A stretch of 64,000 nt of DNA from an uncultured Chloroflexia bacterium (GCA_963706095.1 OY970149.1:146183-210182); one strand, 5' to 3'. Shown: positions 43,672 to 52,863, numbered from the stretch's first letter. The notes: generated from the letters alone by a model not told the origin. Made by a program: numbers and translations.

Positions 43672-44231
43672 GTCTCGAGATTCGGGATGATGGTGCGCAG
43701 GCGATTCAAGGCCCGAGACAGCCGCGACTTCGCAGTACCGACCGCCACGCCGAGTGCTGCCGCGGTCTCAGCCTCCGAGAGCTCGAGCAGGTAGCGGTAC
43801 GTGATCACCTCGCGGTCGGCCTCCGGGAGGTCAAGAAGAGCGTCGAGCAACGCCTGGCGACGCTCCGTGGCCAGAATTGCTGCCTCCGGGGACGGCTCGT
43901 GCGCGACCTCGGCAAACGTGGCCGCAGGGTCACGCAGAGCCAGCGCCTGCCGACGCGTGGCAGAGCGGCGCCGGTAACGAGCCTCGTTGGCCACTATCGT
44001 CAGCAACCACGGCCGGAATGGAGCGTCCGGCCGGAGGCGGGGGAGAGCGGCAAAAGCCTTCATGAGCCCTTCCTGCGCGGCGTCTTCGGCGTCATCGGCA
44101 CCGCCTGAGGCAATCCAGGCCGTCCGGAACGCGATCTCCTGGTGGGCGCGGACCAGCGCCTCGAACGCCGACACGTCACCGCGTCGTGCTCGCTCGATCA
44201 GGTCTGCCTCGCGTTCCGGAGTGGCCTCCAC
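43662..44231 (-). CDS. ECF-type RNA polymerase sigma factor
   Basis: Region 2 (AFEALVRAHQEIAFRTAW...AEDAAQEGLMKAF) and region 4 (EADREVITYRYLLELSEAETAAALGVAVGTAKSRLSRA). Confidence 0.9.
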   Translation of the reverse strand: MEATPEREADLIERARRGDVSAFEALVRAHQEIAFRTAWIASGGADDAEDAAQEGLMKAFAALPRLRPDAPFRPWLLTIVANEARYRRRSATRRQALALRDPAATFAEVAHEPSPEAAILATERRQALLDALLDLPEADREVITYRYLLELSEAETAAALGVAVGTAKSRLSRALNRLRTIIPNLETWP

Positions 44232-44289
44232 TGCCCGAGCCTACGGGACGCACGCACGCACGCTCGCACGGCGGGCGGCCCATGCCGGC

Positions 44290-44826
44290 TCAGGTTCTCG
44301 CCGACACCCGCGCTGTGCGCGAACCGCGACCGTTCCGCAAGAGCAGTGCGCCAATGCCGAGGACCACTGTTGCTGCGACGAGCAGGAGCAGGAGTGGCAT
44401 AGCTTCGAAAGCAGGCGACGTTGCTGCTGCCACTCCGACCGCGGCTGTTCCGACCGCGGGCGCGACGTTGATGACGCTCGAGCCCTCCATTACCAGGTCG
44501 GCCGCGTCGAACGTCAGGATCCACTCGCCGGAACTCGGGAACACGATCGTGGCGACGTAAGAGCCTTCTGGGCCCATGGCCTCAGCCTCGGTCCGAATCA
44601 CCGTGCCGGAGACCTCGTCGGTCGCAATGACGGTGAGATTCGACCAGCTGATCGGCGTCTCGCCATGCTGAAGCACGCTCAGGCCGATGGTCGTTTCCTC
44701 GCCTGCGGGTGGATCGGACGGGAAATCCGTGACCGTGACCTGTGCCCATCCGCCAGCCAGGGCAACAGAGGCAAAAGCCAGGCCGGCTAGAGCAGCAAGC
44801 GGCAAAGCGATGAATCGGTGGCGCAT
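44290..44826 (-). CDS. Secreted, C-terminally anchored hypothetical protein (first gene of the ECF operon)
   Basis: Signal peptide ALPLAALAGLAFASVALA, a beta-rich domain of about 100 aa and a C-terminal TM segment LLLLLVAATVVLGIGALLL. Confidence 0.6.
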   Translation of the reverse strand: MRHRFIALPLAALAGLAFASVALAGGWAQVTVTDFPSDPPAGEETTIGLSVLQHGETPISWSNLTVIATDEVSGTVIRTEAEAMGPEGSYVATIVFPSSGEWILTFDAADLVMEGSSVINVAPAVGTAAVGVAAATSPAFEAMPLLLLLVAATVVLGIGALLLRNGRGSRTARVSART

Positions 44827-44897
44827 GGCGTTTCTCCGGTGAATCGGTGCCCGCATCTTGGCCGGGCTCACCCTCTGTACACCGCCCGCCGCCGAGA

Positions 44898-44905
44898 GGT
44901 TCCCA
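44898..44905 (-). promoter_or_regulatory. ECF-type -35-like element TGGGAACC (copy 1)
   Basis: On the minus strand, TGGGAACCT lies 72 nt upstream of the 44826 start. The same 9-mer lies 71 nt upstream of the second ECF sigma gene. Confidence 0.3.
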
Positions 44906-44912
44906 CCATGCT

Positions 44913-44931
44913 GGACTGCTAGCCTGTCGGC
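44913..44931 (+). promoter_or_regulatory. Conserved 19-nt element GGACTGCTAGCCTGTCGGC upstream of the DUF4242-cyclase gene (copy 1)
   Basis: Identical to 54054-54072 and at identical distance (22 nt) from the start codon. It contains a TANNNT -10-like TAGCCT 9 nt before the start. Confidence 0.35.
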
Positions 44932-44934
44932 TCG

Positions 44935-45738
44935 GTGCCGTACTTCATGGATCGCCATGACCTCGCAGGAGTGTCAGAAGAGGACATCGCGGCAGCGCAT
45001 GCGCGGGACCTGGACGTGCAGGAGCGCTACGGCGTCCAATACGTCACCTACTGGTTCGACTATGCACGCCAGCACGCGTTTTGCCTGGCCCAGGGTCCCG
45101 ACGCCGCGGCCGTAGACGCGGTCCACCGCGAGGCGCACGGCCAGATCGCGACGGAGATCATCGACGTGGACGAGGCCGTGGTCGCTCGATTCATGGGCGG
45201 GCTGGAGAGTCACGATGCTGGCGAGGCATACGAGGACAGCGCGTTCCGCGCGATTCTGTTCACCGATCTCGTCGGCTCGACCGATATGACTCAGCGGCTG
45301 GGCGACACGGCCGCCATGGAGATCCTCCGGCAGCACGACGCGATCGTGCGATCAGCGCTCAAACAGACCGGTGGCTCAGAGGTGAAGCACACCGGCGACG
45401 GCATCATGGCCTCCTTCCGGTCGGTCGTCGCAGCGATCGAGTGCGCGGTGTCGGTGCAGCGCGCGTTCATCGACTCGATGAGCCTTGACCAGGGCCCGGT
45501 CAGCATCCGGATCGGCATCGCGGCGGGCGAGCCGGTCGCCGAGGCGAACGATCTCTTTGGAGCTGCCGTCCAGCTGGCGGCCCGACTCACGGCCCGCGCG
45601 AAACCTGGCGGCATCGTGGTCTCGGCTGCCGTGCGTGATCTCGCGCTGGGCAAGGGCTTCCAGTTCGCCGCTGTTCACCAGGCTCGGCTCAAGGGCTTCG
45701 TCGAGCCGGTCCGACTGTGCGAGGTCCTCTGGCAATAG
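44935..45738 (+). CDS. DUF4242 (SCO4226-like) domain - class III cyclase fusion, paralogue 1
   Basis: N-terminus MPYFMDRHDL...YGVQYVTYWFDYARQHAFCLAQGP...VHREAHG, then a CHD (ILFTDLVGSTD...KHTGDGIMASF...GIAAGEPV...GAAVQLAARL). GTG start. Confidence 0.85.
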   Translation: MPYFMDRHDLAGVSEEDIAAAHARDLDVQERYGVQYVTYWFDYARQHAFCLAQGPDAAAVDAVHREAHGQIATEIIDVDEAVVARFMGGLESHDAGEAYEDSAFRAILFTDLVGSTDMTQRLGDTAAMEILRQHDAIVRSALKQTGGSEVKHTGDGIMASFRSVVAAIECAVSVQRAFIDSMSLDQGPVSIRIGIAAGEPVAEANDLFGAAVQLAARLTARAKPGGIVVSAAVRDLALGKGFQFAAVHQARLKGFVEPVRLCEVLWQ

Positions 45739-45744
45739 CCGCCG

Positions 45745-46659
45745 TCATGCCTCGGCGACGGAGGCGATCGCCAGAAAGGTGTAGATGACAAGATCGCCGG
45801 CGAAATGCAGCGCAAGCGGCCAGCCCAGACCGCGTGTCTCGATCATCGCCCGTCCGAACAGCAGCGCCACGGCTCCGGCGGCGACCGCTCCCAAGGGACC
45901 GTTTGGTATCCCGCCGTAGTAGTGACCCAGGCCGAACCAAACGGCAAGAATCACAACGCCCATGCTCGGCGCGATCGCGCGCTGGAGTTGCGACAGCGGC
46001 GCGGCCCGGTACGCAACCTCCTCCCAGAAGGCGTTAAGAGCCGCGGCGACTGCTCCTATCCCTATGAACGGCAGAGCAGCCGCAAGGTCGATCTGATCCG
46101 GTAGCAGTGGGGCGGTCAGCCACGCTGTCAGCAACAGCAGCCCGACGAACGCGATAGGCCCAAACGTCATCCAGCGCCAGAAGCTGCCGTCCTTGCGCCG
46201 CGATGTCGTCGGCCCATTCAGGTCGCCGACCACGAGATAAGCCTCTGTGCGCGTCGTTCGCATCGCGAGCACGATGCCGACCACCAACAGCGCCAAGAGA
46301 GCCAGCAACATGCGTTCGGCGAGCAAGATCAGCATCGGCTGGCCGTCCTCCGGCACGATCGCGCGCCATGAGTCCGAGGTGAGTACCAGGGGAATCAGCG
46401 CGAACAGAACTGCCAGGACCGTCATGACCAGCAGGTAGCGATCGAGCGACCGCATCCGCGGGACGACTCGCGACAACAGCCACAAGGCGGCGGTCAGCAG
46501 GACGACAGCCCATGGCATCCACGGCACGTCGATCCGGAGGATGTCGCGCAGGATGATCTCGGGCAGCCTGCTGATAAGCAGCGTCACGGCCCATGCGATT
46601 GCGATCAGCGATGTGTCGCTCCGCTCGCTGACGCCAGCTGCTCCGATCGGAACGGTCAT
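45745..46659 (-). CDS. CPBP family intramembrane glutamic endopeptidase (CAAX protease-like)
   Basis: Multi-TM protein with motif 1 FWEEVAYR and motif 2 FGLGHYY. ATG at 46659 avoids overlap with the divergent gene. Confidence 0.8.
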   Translation of the reverse strand: MTVPIGAAGVSERSDTSLIAIAWAVTLLISRLPEIILRDILRIDVPWMPWAVVLLTAALWLLSRVVPRMRSLDRYLLVMTVLAVLFALIPLVLTSDSWRAIVPEDGQPMLILLAERMLLALLALLVVGIVLAMRTTRTEAYLVVGDLNGPTTSRRKDGSFWRWMTFGPIAFVGLLLLTAWLTAPLLPDQIDLAAALPFIGIGAVAAALNAFWEEVAYRAAPLSQLQRAIAPSMGVVILAVWFGLGHYYGGIPNGPLGAVAAGAVALLFGRAMIETRGLGWPLALHFAGDLVIYTFLAIASVAEA

Positions 46660-46746
46660 TGCTGCAGCCCCTCCATCCCCTTTGTGGCCCCTCAGGCCAA
46701 CGGAGACTACGCGCCCGATTCGGGGCGGGGCTGGTGTAATTCGACC

Positions 46747-47157
46747 GTGGAAGGGGAGGATCGGCTGTTCGCTCGGCTGGAGTTCATCTACACGCCCAGC
46801 ACTGATGTCGCCGCGGACATGCGCTACTTCGTAGGAGCCCTTGGGGCCGAGTTGGTCTTCGCGATCGAGGATGGCGGTACGCGCGTTGCCATGGTCCAAC
46901 TGACGGACGAGCCGCCGCACATCGTGCTCACGGATCATCTCGAGGGTGAGCGGTCAATCCTGGTCTATCGAGTTGAGCGCATGGACAAAGCGGTCGTTGA
47001 GATTTCGGCGCTCGGTTGGACTCCGGAGCGTGCCCTGGAGCTGCCGATGGGTCCGGCTCGGACATTCCGATCGCCCGGTGGCCAGCGCGTCGCAATTTAC
47101 GAATCGACGCGACCGCAGGTCATCGCCTCCTTCCGCGGTCGACGTGATTTCGGCTGA
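46747..47157 (+). CDS. VOC/glyoxalase-like protein
   Basis: About 136 aa with VOC-like beta-alpha-beta pattern. The start is uncertain (GTG at 46747; the ORF is open from 46684). Confidence 0.55.
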   Translation: MEGEDRLFARLEFIYTPSTDVAADMRYFVGALGAELVFAIEDGGTRVAMVQLTDEPPHIVLTDHLEGERSILVYRVERMDKAVVEISALGWTPERALELPMGPARTFRSPGGQRVAIYESTRPQVIASFRGRRDFG

Positions 47158-47173
47158 AAAGGGACAAGACACG

Positions 47174-47695
47174 ATGAGCAGACGCCGAGCGGCGGTCGGG
47201 AGCGTGCTGTTCACCCTAGGCATGCCCGGGGTCGTAGCCGGCGTTGTCCCGTACTTGATCACCACAGGCTGGCTCAGCTCAGGCCCGCCCCTCGCCCTGC
47301 AGGTCGCTGGCGGGGTGCTGCTGGCGCTTGGGCTTGCCGTCCTGGCGCACACCGTGGTCCGCTTCGTAGTCGAAGGGGTCGGCACGCCATTCCCGGCCGC
47401 GCCGACCACGAACCTCGTGGTCGGTGGCCTGTACCGCTACGTGCGCAACCCGATGTACCTGGCGGTCATCACGATCATCCTCGGCCAGGCAGCGATCCTC
47501 GGCAGCGTGATCCTGGTTGTCTACGCCACGATCGTTTGGATCACCGTAGCGAGCTTCGTCCACTTCTACGAGGAGCCGACTTTGTCCGACAGGTACGGCG
47601 AGCAGTACGCAACCTACCGAAGCGCGGTCCGGGCCTGGTTGCCCCGGGCAACGCCCTGGACTCCAGATCGACACAGTAGGAGGAAGTTCCGGTGA
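47174..47695 (+). CDS. Isoprenylcysteine carboxyl methyltransferase (ICMT)/phospholipid methyltransferase-family membrane protein
   Basis: GLYRYVRNPMYLAVI...HFYEEPTLSDRYGEQYATY is typical of the ICMT/PEMT family. Confidence 0.75.
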   Translation: MSRRRAAVGSVLFTLGMPGVVAGVVPYLITTGWLSSGPPLALQVAGGVLLALGLAVLAHTVVRFVVEGVGTPFPAAPTTNLVVGGLYRYVRNPMYLAVITIILGQAAILGSVILVVYATIVWITVASFVHFYEEPTLSDRYGEQYATYRSAVRAWLPRATPWTPDRHSRRKFR

Positions 47696-48300
47696 AGCTG
47701 ACCGCCATAGAGTTCGTCACCTTGGACGGCGTCTATCAGGGACCCGGCGACCCAGACGAGGACCGACGTGGGGGCTTCGATCGCGGCGGTTGGCAGGCGC
47801 CGTTCGGCGACGAGCAGACGGACGAATTCATCACCAACGTCTACGCGGGAATGGATGCGATGTTGCTGGGACGGACGACGTTCGACATCTTTGCGTCGTA
47901 CTGGCCCGACCACGATGAGGGCGATCCCGTTTCGCATGGGATCAACGTTGTGCCCAAGTACGTTCCGTCGACGACGCTCAAGAGCTCGCCGTGGCAGAAC
48001 ACTCACGTCATCGACACTGACGTCGAGGCGCGCGTGGGTGAGCTCAAGAACCAGCCGGGGCGCGACCTTCTCCTCCAGGGCAGCGGCGTGCTCCTGCGCT
48101 GGCTGCTCGAGCGGGATCTCGTCGACGAACTCCACCTGATCATTTATCCGGTGGTCCTGGGCGCGGGATTTCGGCTGTTTCCGGAGCAAGGGCAGTCGCA
48201 TCGCCTTGAGATGCTCAACTCAAAGACGACCCCGTCCGGAGTGATGATCCAGACCTATCGACCGGTCGGTCGCGCCGAGTTCGGCACTCTCGGGGACTGA
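47692..48300 (+). CDS. Dihydrofolate reductase-like (RibD C-terminal domain) family protein
   Basis: FVTLDGVYQGPG...GRTTFDIFASYWP...LLLQGSGVLLRWLLERDLVDELHLIIYPVVLG. Confidence 0.8.
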   Translation: MKLTAIEFVTLDGVYQGPGDPDEDRRGGFDRGGWQAPFGDEQTDEFITNVYAGMDAMLLGRTTFDIFASYWPDHDEGDPVSHGINVVPKYVPSTTLKSSPWQNTHVIDTDVEARVGELKNQPGRDLLLQGSGVLLRWLLERDLVDELHLIIYPVVLGAGFRLFPEQGQSHRLEMLNSKTTPSGVMIQTYRPVGRAEFGTLGD

Positions 48301-48383
48301 GTGCTGGGAACACGGGTCAGCCCACGATGGTTGGACCGATGAAGGTCAACTACTTCGGCTACACCAGGGCTGGCTAACGCGAA

Positions 48384-50099
48384 TTACCTGTGAACCGGTT
48401 GCCACGAGACATCGCCACGTCCTGACCACGACCGACTGTCGTTAACCATCACGCGAGGCAATATTGTGACCGTTGCGATGGACGGGTCAATCGACACCGC
48501 ATGCATTGCGAAGTCAAAGCCGCTGATGTCTTGCATGAGAAGGACCTGCTGGCCATCAGGCGACCAAGCGGCGATTGAGTAAGGACATGCTCCCGTACGT
48601 AGCATTCGGGAGTCTGAACCATCTGGCCTGGAGGCGGTGACTTCGCACCGGCTGGACTGGACGGCCCAGTTTCCATCAGGCGAGACAAACGGCACATCGT
48701 CGACGTCACGCACGAAGTCTCCGACCACCGGGTCGCCGTCGCCATTGGCTGGCGACGACCCATCGAGGCCACGAACGACAACCGTTCCCTCGGCAATGTA
48801 AGCGACCCGCGCGCCGTCAGCGGACCAAAGTGGACATGGTGCCTGCCCTAACGATGGGTCAACCGCGATGGTTCCCATGTCGGACGAAGAGCCGTCGGCG
48901 TTTACACCTACCACGACGACCGCCGGGCTTGTCCCGATGCTTGTTGACTGGCCAAATGCGAGCTTGGTCCCGTCGGGGGAGAAGGCGGGGCATACGTTCC
49001 GCATCATCGCTTCGCCTCGCCGTGCAATGGGTATCGGGTTGACGCCATCACGCACGACGTAAATGTCGCCGCCTTGGCGGGTACTGCGCTGGCTGATCTG
49101 CCCGTCGCCAGGCAACGTTGAGTACGCAATCCAACCGTTGGAGACTGAGCTCGTCTGGCCTGGCGTGGGCGTGGGCGACACACCGGGCTGGATCTGGATC
49201 GACTCAATGATCGCGTCGAGCTCCGCCAAGTCCGCCGCCGACGTGCCTGGCATGTGCCAGGTGTCGAACACGAGCCGGGCATCACCGAGGTCGACGATGT
49301 ACGTCACGTTCAGCTGACCGCTGCGCGGCCCGTAATATTCCTCGCCCGCGGGCCAGTCGGCGCCATTCTCACCCGGTGTCACCCAGGTCCGAATGATCCC
49401 CCTGTCGCAGGTGGCCATGTCGAGGTCCGGGGAGACGGAGAGCTCGATGCGCTGGGCTGATCTGCCGCCCAGGGTGACGTCAGTCGGCGCGCTGGCGTTA
49501 CGGCCTTCCTGGGCCACCAGCGCGGTCGCCAGATCGTCAACCGTCGGCCCAACGGCTGGCTCGAGCAGGGAGCCCTGCCACTGACAGGGATCCGCATATA
49601 TGTTCGCGATGGTCCATGGGCCGAACGCAATCTCGGCCGGACCGCCACGGTGCTTGTTGGCCACGCTGTACGCGCTCGCCCATCCTGCAGGCATCGTGAA
49701 GGTGAGCGTGCTGCCGTTGCCGAATCCCGCCCAGAAGTACGTACCTGGAGCCACTTGGTCGCTGAGGTCGGGGAATAGCGCAGGTGCAGACGGCGGTGTC
49801 GTTGCGCTGGGCTGTGCCGTTGCGGGCTGCGCCGTCGGAGCAGTGGTGGGTGCGGCAACACCGCCAAGCCTGGGCAACAGAGTGACGCCGACGACGGCGA
49901 TGACCAGTACGGCGGCGGCTGCGATCGCGAAACGTGTGAAGTTGTTCATGTCAGGGACCCTCCACGGGCCGAGGACGACCCGTTGACGTGTGTGGTCAAT
50001 TTCGGATCTGACCGCGTCGTACGCTCGTTCCGGAAGCTCCATCGGGCCGTCTTCCAGATAGGCGTCGATAGACGAGAACGGGTCGGGTCGTGCGGTCAT
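48384..50099 (-). CDS. Membrane-anchored protein with periplasmic beta-propeller-like (TolB/PD40-like) C-terminal region, probable anti-sigma partner
   Basis: 4-nt overlap with the upstream ECF sigma gene. A cytoplasmic N-terminus of about 50 aa, a single TM segment (FAIAAAAVLVIAVVGVTLL) and repeated SPDG/WS.DG motifs in the C-terminal half. Confidence 0.65.
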   Translation of the reverse strand: MTARPDPFSSIDAYLEDGPMELPERAYDAVRSEIDHTRQRVVLGPWRVPDMNNFTRFAIAAAAVLVIAVVGVTLLPRLGGVAAPTTAPTAQPATAQPSATTPPSAPALFPDLSDQVAPGTYFWAGFGNGSTLTFTMPAGWASAYSVANKHRGGPAEIAFGPWTIANIYADPCQWQGSLLEPAVGPTVDDLATALVAQEGRNASAPTDVTLGGRSAQRIELSVSPDLDMATCDRGIIRTWVTPGENGADWPAGEEYYGPRSGQLNVTYIVDLGDARLVFDTWHMPGTSAADLAELDAIIESIQIQPGVSPTPTPGQTSSVSNGWIAYSTLPGDGQISQRSTRQGGDIYVVRDGVNPIPIARRGEAMMRNVCPAFSPDGTKLAFGQSTSIGTSPAVVVVGVNADGSSSDMGTIAVDPSLGQAPCPLWSADGARVAYIAEGTVVVRGLDGSSPANGDGDPVVGDFVRDVDDVPFVSPDGNWAVQSSRCEVTASRPDGSDSRMLRTGACPYSIAAWSPDGQQVLLMQDISGFDFAMHAVSIDPSIATVTILPRVMVNDSRSWSGRGDVSWQPVHR

Positions 50100-50653
50100 G
50101 CGAGTCGCTCCTGCGAAGCTGAGTGCGTCCGAGCGTCAGCAGCGAGGCTTGCCCGGAGCGCGCTGGTTGCGCGGTGAAGTCGGGACTTCGCAGTCCCGAT
50201 GGGTATGCCGAGACGATCGGCCACCTCAGGCAGAGGCAGGCCGACGTAGTGGTGGAACACGAGGATCGACCGCTGCTCGAGGGTGAGCCTCCGGAAGGCT
50301 CGGTCAAGCTGGTCGCGATCATTTACGGCGGAGATGTCTGCCGAGTCGGAATTACCGGTCATGGGCAAGAGTCGGACCTGGGCCGTTGACCACCGGCTGC
50401 GACGCCTGGCCTCGGCGTAGCACTCGTTGGTCAGGATCCGGTGCAACCACGGTTCGAACCGGCTGGAGTCACGAAGCGTTCGCAACTCACGCCAGGCCAT
50501 GATGAGCGCGGCTTGCACGGCGTCCTCGGCCCGGTCAGCGTCGCGCAGGATCCGAAACGCGATCGCCATGCAGCTATCGCCGACCATGCGGGCGAGGGCA
50601 TCAAAGGCCTCTCGATCTCCCCGCTTCGCCTGGTCAACGAGCGCTTCCTGCAC
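50096..50653 (-). CDS. ECF-type RNA polymerase sigma factor
   Basis: Region 2 (AFDALARMVGDSCMAIAFRIL...AEDAVQAALIMAW) and region 4 (LTLEQRSILVFHHYVGLPLPEVADRLGIPIGTAKSRLHRA). GTG start with RBS GGAAGGAGAG. Confidence 0.9.
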   Translation of the reverse strand: MQEALVDQAKRGDREAFDALARMVGDSCMAIAFRILRDADRAEDAVQAALIMAWRELRTLRDSSRFEPWLHRILTNECYAEARRRSRWSTAQVRLLPMTGNSDSADISAVNDRDQLDRAFRRLTLEQRSILVFHHYVGLPLPEVADRLGIPIGTAKSRLHRATSALRASLAADARTHSASQERLA

Positions 50654-50723
50654 CCGACTCTCCTTCCGTCGGATCGGCCCTAACGGACACGATCACACTG
50701 GAGAGCGATCTCCCTGCCCCAAA

Positions 50724-50731
50724 GGTTCCCA
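50724..50731 (-). promoter_or_regulatory. ECF-type -35-like element TGGGAACC (copy 2)
   Basis: On the minus strand, TGGGAACCT lies 71 nt upstream of the sigma-factor start at 50653. Confidence 0.3.
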
Positions 50732-50812
50732 ATCTACGCCAGGGGTACCCGACGGCTGATCTACATAGACTCCCGCCGTGGCCTTTGGTGCTGGGCATGG
50801 CCGGCAGATGTC

Positions 50813-51076
50813 GTGGCCGCGCTATGTCACGAGTTCGACCTCGTTCACGTGGTCGACCCCTTCGTCTCGAGGACTGTGACCCCGAACGAGACTTACTACC
50901 GACTGCATGGGACAACCGGCGCCAGGCACATCTACTCGGATGCGGAGCTAGCCCAGCTCGTCGAAATGCTGCCCGCAGCTCCCAGTCAACCGCCCTACGT
51001 GCTGTTCAACAACCTGCCTCGGATCCAGGACGCTCGGCGCTTTCGCCAAATCCTGTCACGACGCCTAGCCGGCTAG
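50813..51076 (+). pseudogene. C-terminal fragment of a DUF72 (UPF0759) family gene
   Basis: EFDLVHVVDPF...TYYRLHG...IYSDAELAQLVEML...PYVLFNNLPRIQDARRF matches only the last third of DUF72 proteins, which are usually about 250 aa. No room or sequence for the N-terminal part exists upstream. Confidence 0.5.
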
Positions 51077-51105
51077 CAGGGCACTGAGGTCGCCCGGAAG
51101 GGGGG

Positions 51106-51450
51106 CTATTCCTCGGGAGTCGCGGCGTCTTCCTCTACCGCAGGCGGCTCTTCGGCCGCCAAGTGGCTGGCCTCCACGATGACGGGCCGGCCATCGCGCT
51201 CTTTCCATCGTGTCTCGAGGCGCGTCTCGGACGTCTCGCCCACCAAATGCAGGACGAGGCGGAAGCCTGAAGCCGTACGGTCCAGCAATTCCGTAGTTGC
51301 TGACGTGAGCGGCATCGGAAGCATGGCCACGAGCTGGCCCAAGTTGTCGCGCAACTCGTTGCTCAATTCCTGTGCGGCCTGGTCGATGTCGCCGGCCAGG
51401 AGAGCGGCGCAAAAGGTGTCCGCGTGCTCGCGAACGGCTTGCTCGTCCAT
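51106..51450 (-). CDS. Hypothetical protein (114 aa)
   Basis: ORF with coding-like composition and an acidic C-terminal tail. Family not recognised. Confidence 0.5.
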   Translation of the reverse strand: MDEQAVREHADTFCAALLAGDIDQAAQELSNELRDNLGQLVAMLPMPLTSATTELLDRTASGFRLVLHLVGETSETRLETRWKERDGRPVIVEASHLAAEEPPAVEEDAATPEE

Positions 51451-51489
51451 ATCGCGCAGAAGAATAGCTCCGCGGTTGGGGGGACCTGG

Positions 51490-52191
51490 CTACTGCATCC
51501 TCGGGTCCTGCGTGGGATTGGCATACATACGCGGGCAACCGTCATCTATTGCCTCGATGCGCAGCTCGTAATGCCAGGGCTCGTTCCGGTAGATCTGGCA
51601 CAGGCCATAGTCGGCGCCGTGCTCTGACAGCCATTTCCTGGCCTTTGGCAGGCCGATGTCAACCGCGTCTCCAGACACGTGGGGAGATGTCTCCGCGGTG
51701 GCGACCCAGCGCGCCGCCTCTTCCTCAGAGCCGTACTCGGCAACAGCGTCGCGAAGAAGCTGGTTCTGGTACTCCGGGGAGCGCCAGCCGCTGTTGACCC
51801 GAAAGACAACCCCCTCCGGAGCGGCGTCAGCCGCGGCCTCGCGCAGGGCTTCGAGCAGACGTGGGTCCACGTTGGCCACGCCCGCGTACTGGTCATCAAA
51901 CACGGTGACTCGGGCGGGAAGGATGCCATCGGCCTCGGTCAGGGCAGGGGAGGAAGGGGTCGGGCTGGCTCCAACTGGGTCGGGTGTGGGAAGAGCGGGG
52001 GTCGGGCTGGCAACAGGTGGAGCCGGCGTGTGTACCGGCGCGGGAGTGGCTGCACTCTGGTCGGTCGGTGGGAATTGACTTGCCAAGGGGACCGTGGACG
52101 ACGGCCCCGACTGGCAGCAGAGGATGCCAATCGCCGCCGTCGCTATGACTGCCGCGCGTCCAAAGCTTCGAATCGTCCGGCCCATAAGCAA
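51490..52191 (-). CDS. M15 family (VanY-like) D-alanyl-D-alanine carboxypeptidase
   Basis: Signal peptide, a Pro-rich linker, then SGWRSPEYQNQL, SPHVSGDAVD and NEPWHYE, the metal-binding blocks of M15B. Confidence 0.8.
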   Translation of the reverse strand: MLMGRTIRSFGRAAVIATAAIGILCCQSGPSSTVPLASQFPPTDQSAATPAPVHTPAPPVASPTPALPTPDPVGASPTPSSPALTEADGILPARVTVFDDQYAGVANVDPRLLEALREAAADAAPEGVVFRVNSGWRSPEYQNQLLRDAVAEYGSEEEAARWVATAETSPHVSGDAVDIGLPKARKWLSEHGADYGLCQIYRNEPWHYELRIEAIDDGCPRMYANPTQDPRMQ

Positions 52192-52233
52192 AAACCTACA
52201 CCGACGTCGAGTCCGGGTGCCGGGCCTGGGTGC

Positions 52234-52863
52234 CTAGAGCAGCAGGTCGTACAGCGTCAGTAAGGCTACGAAGCCCAAGCCGCCGAGACAGGTCAAAGGC
52301 AGCATCGTCGCCCACGCCAGGAGTCGGCCGCGCAGCGTCCGGCCCAACAGCAGCGGCACGGCCAGGCCGATCAGCGCGTAGCCCACGGCAGCGTCCCGCA
52401 TCCCTAAAACCACTGCGAGGTAGGCGGCCTCGGCGACCCAGGCGCTGCCCACCAACGCAAGGGCAATGGTCTTGCCCCTGAAAGTGCCGTTACGCCAGAA
52501 CCAGCCGGCAGGACCGAACACCAGGCCACCGGCAAGTGCGCCCATCGTCCACAGGAGCAGGCTCGTGCTGCCGCCGGTGTAGCCGAAGCGCACGAAAACC
52601 GTGGCGTAGTAGCCGACCAGCGCCAGTGCGAGCGTCACGAACCCGGCCGCGACGGCGTCGCGCGGCCGCGCCTGAAGTGCGCCGACCGCAAATGCGACGG
52701 TCAGCCACGGGGAGATCGAGTTCGCCAGCTGGCCAACGCCCTCCGGCAGCAGCGACTGCCCGATCTGGGTGACAACGCCGAGCAGGACGCCTGCGAAGGC
52801 AGCTACGACCAAACCACGAGCGACACTGAGCGGCCGGATCCGCATTCTCGAGCTCACGCTCAA
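52234..52863 (-). CDS. Hypothetical integral membrane protein
   Basis: 209 aa with about 6 hydrophobic segments. Confidence 0.6.
   Translation of the reverse strand: MSVSSRMRIRPLSVARGLVVAAFAGVLLGVVTQIGQSLLPEGVGQLANSISPWLTVAFAVGALQARPRDAVAAGFVTLALALVGYYATVFVRFGYTGGSTSLLLWTMGALAGGLVFGPAGWFWRNGTFRGKTIALALVGSAWVAEAAYLAVVLGMRDAAVGYALIGLAVPLLLGRTLRGRLLAWATMLPLTCLGGLGFVALLTLYDLLL

Noticed and set aside
50451-50460. tRNA T-loop-like GGTTCGAACC
   Set aside because: It lies inside the ECF sigma-factor coding sequence, and no acceptor or anticodon stems can be drawn around it. I found no tRNA in any intergenic gap.
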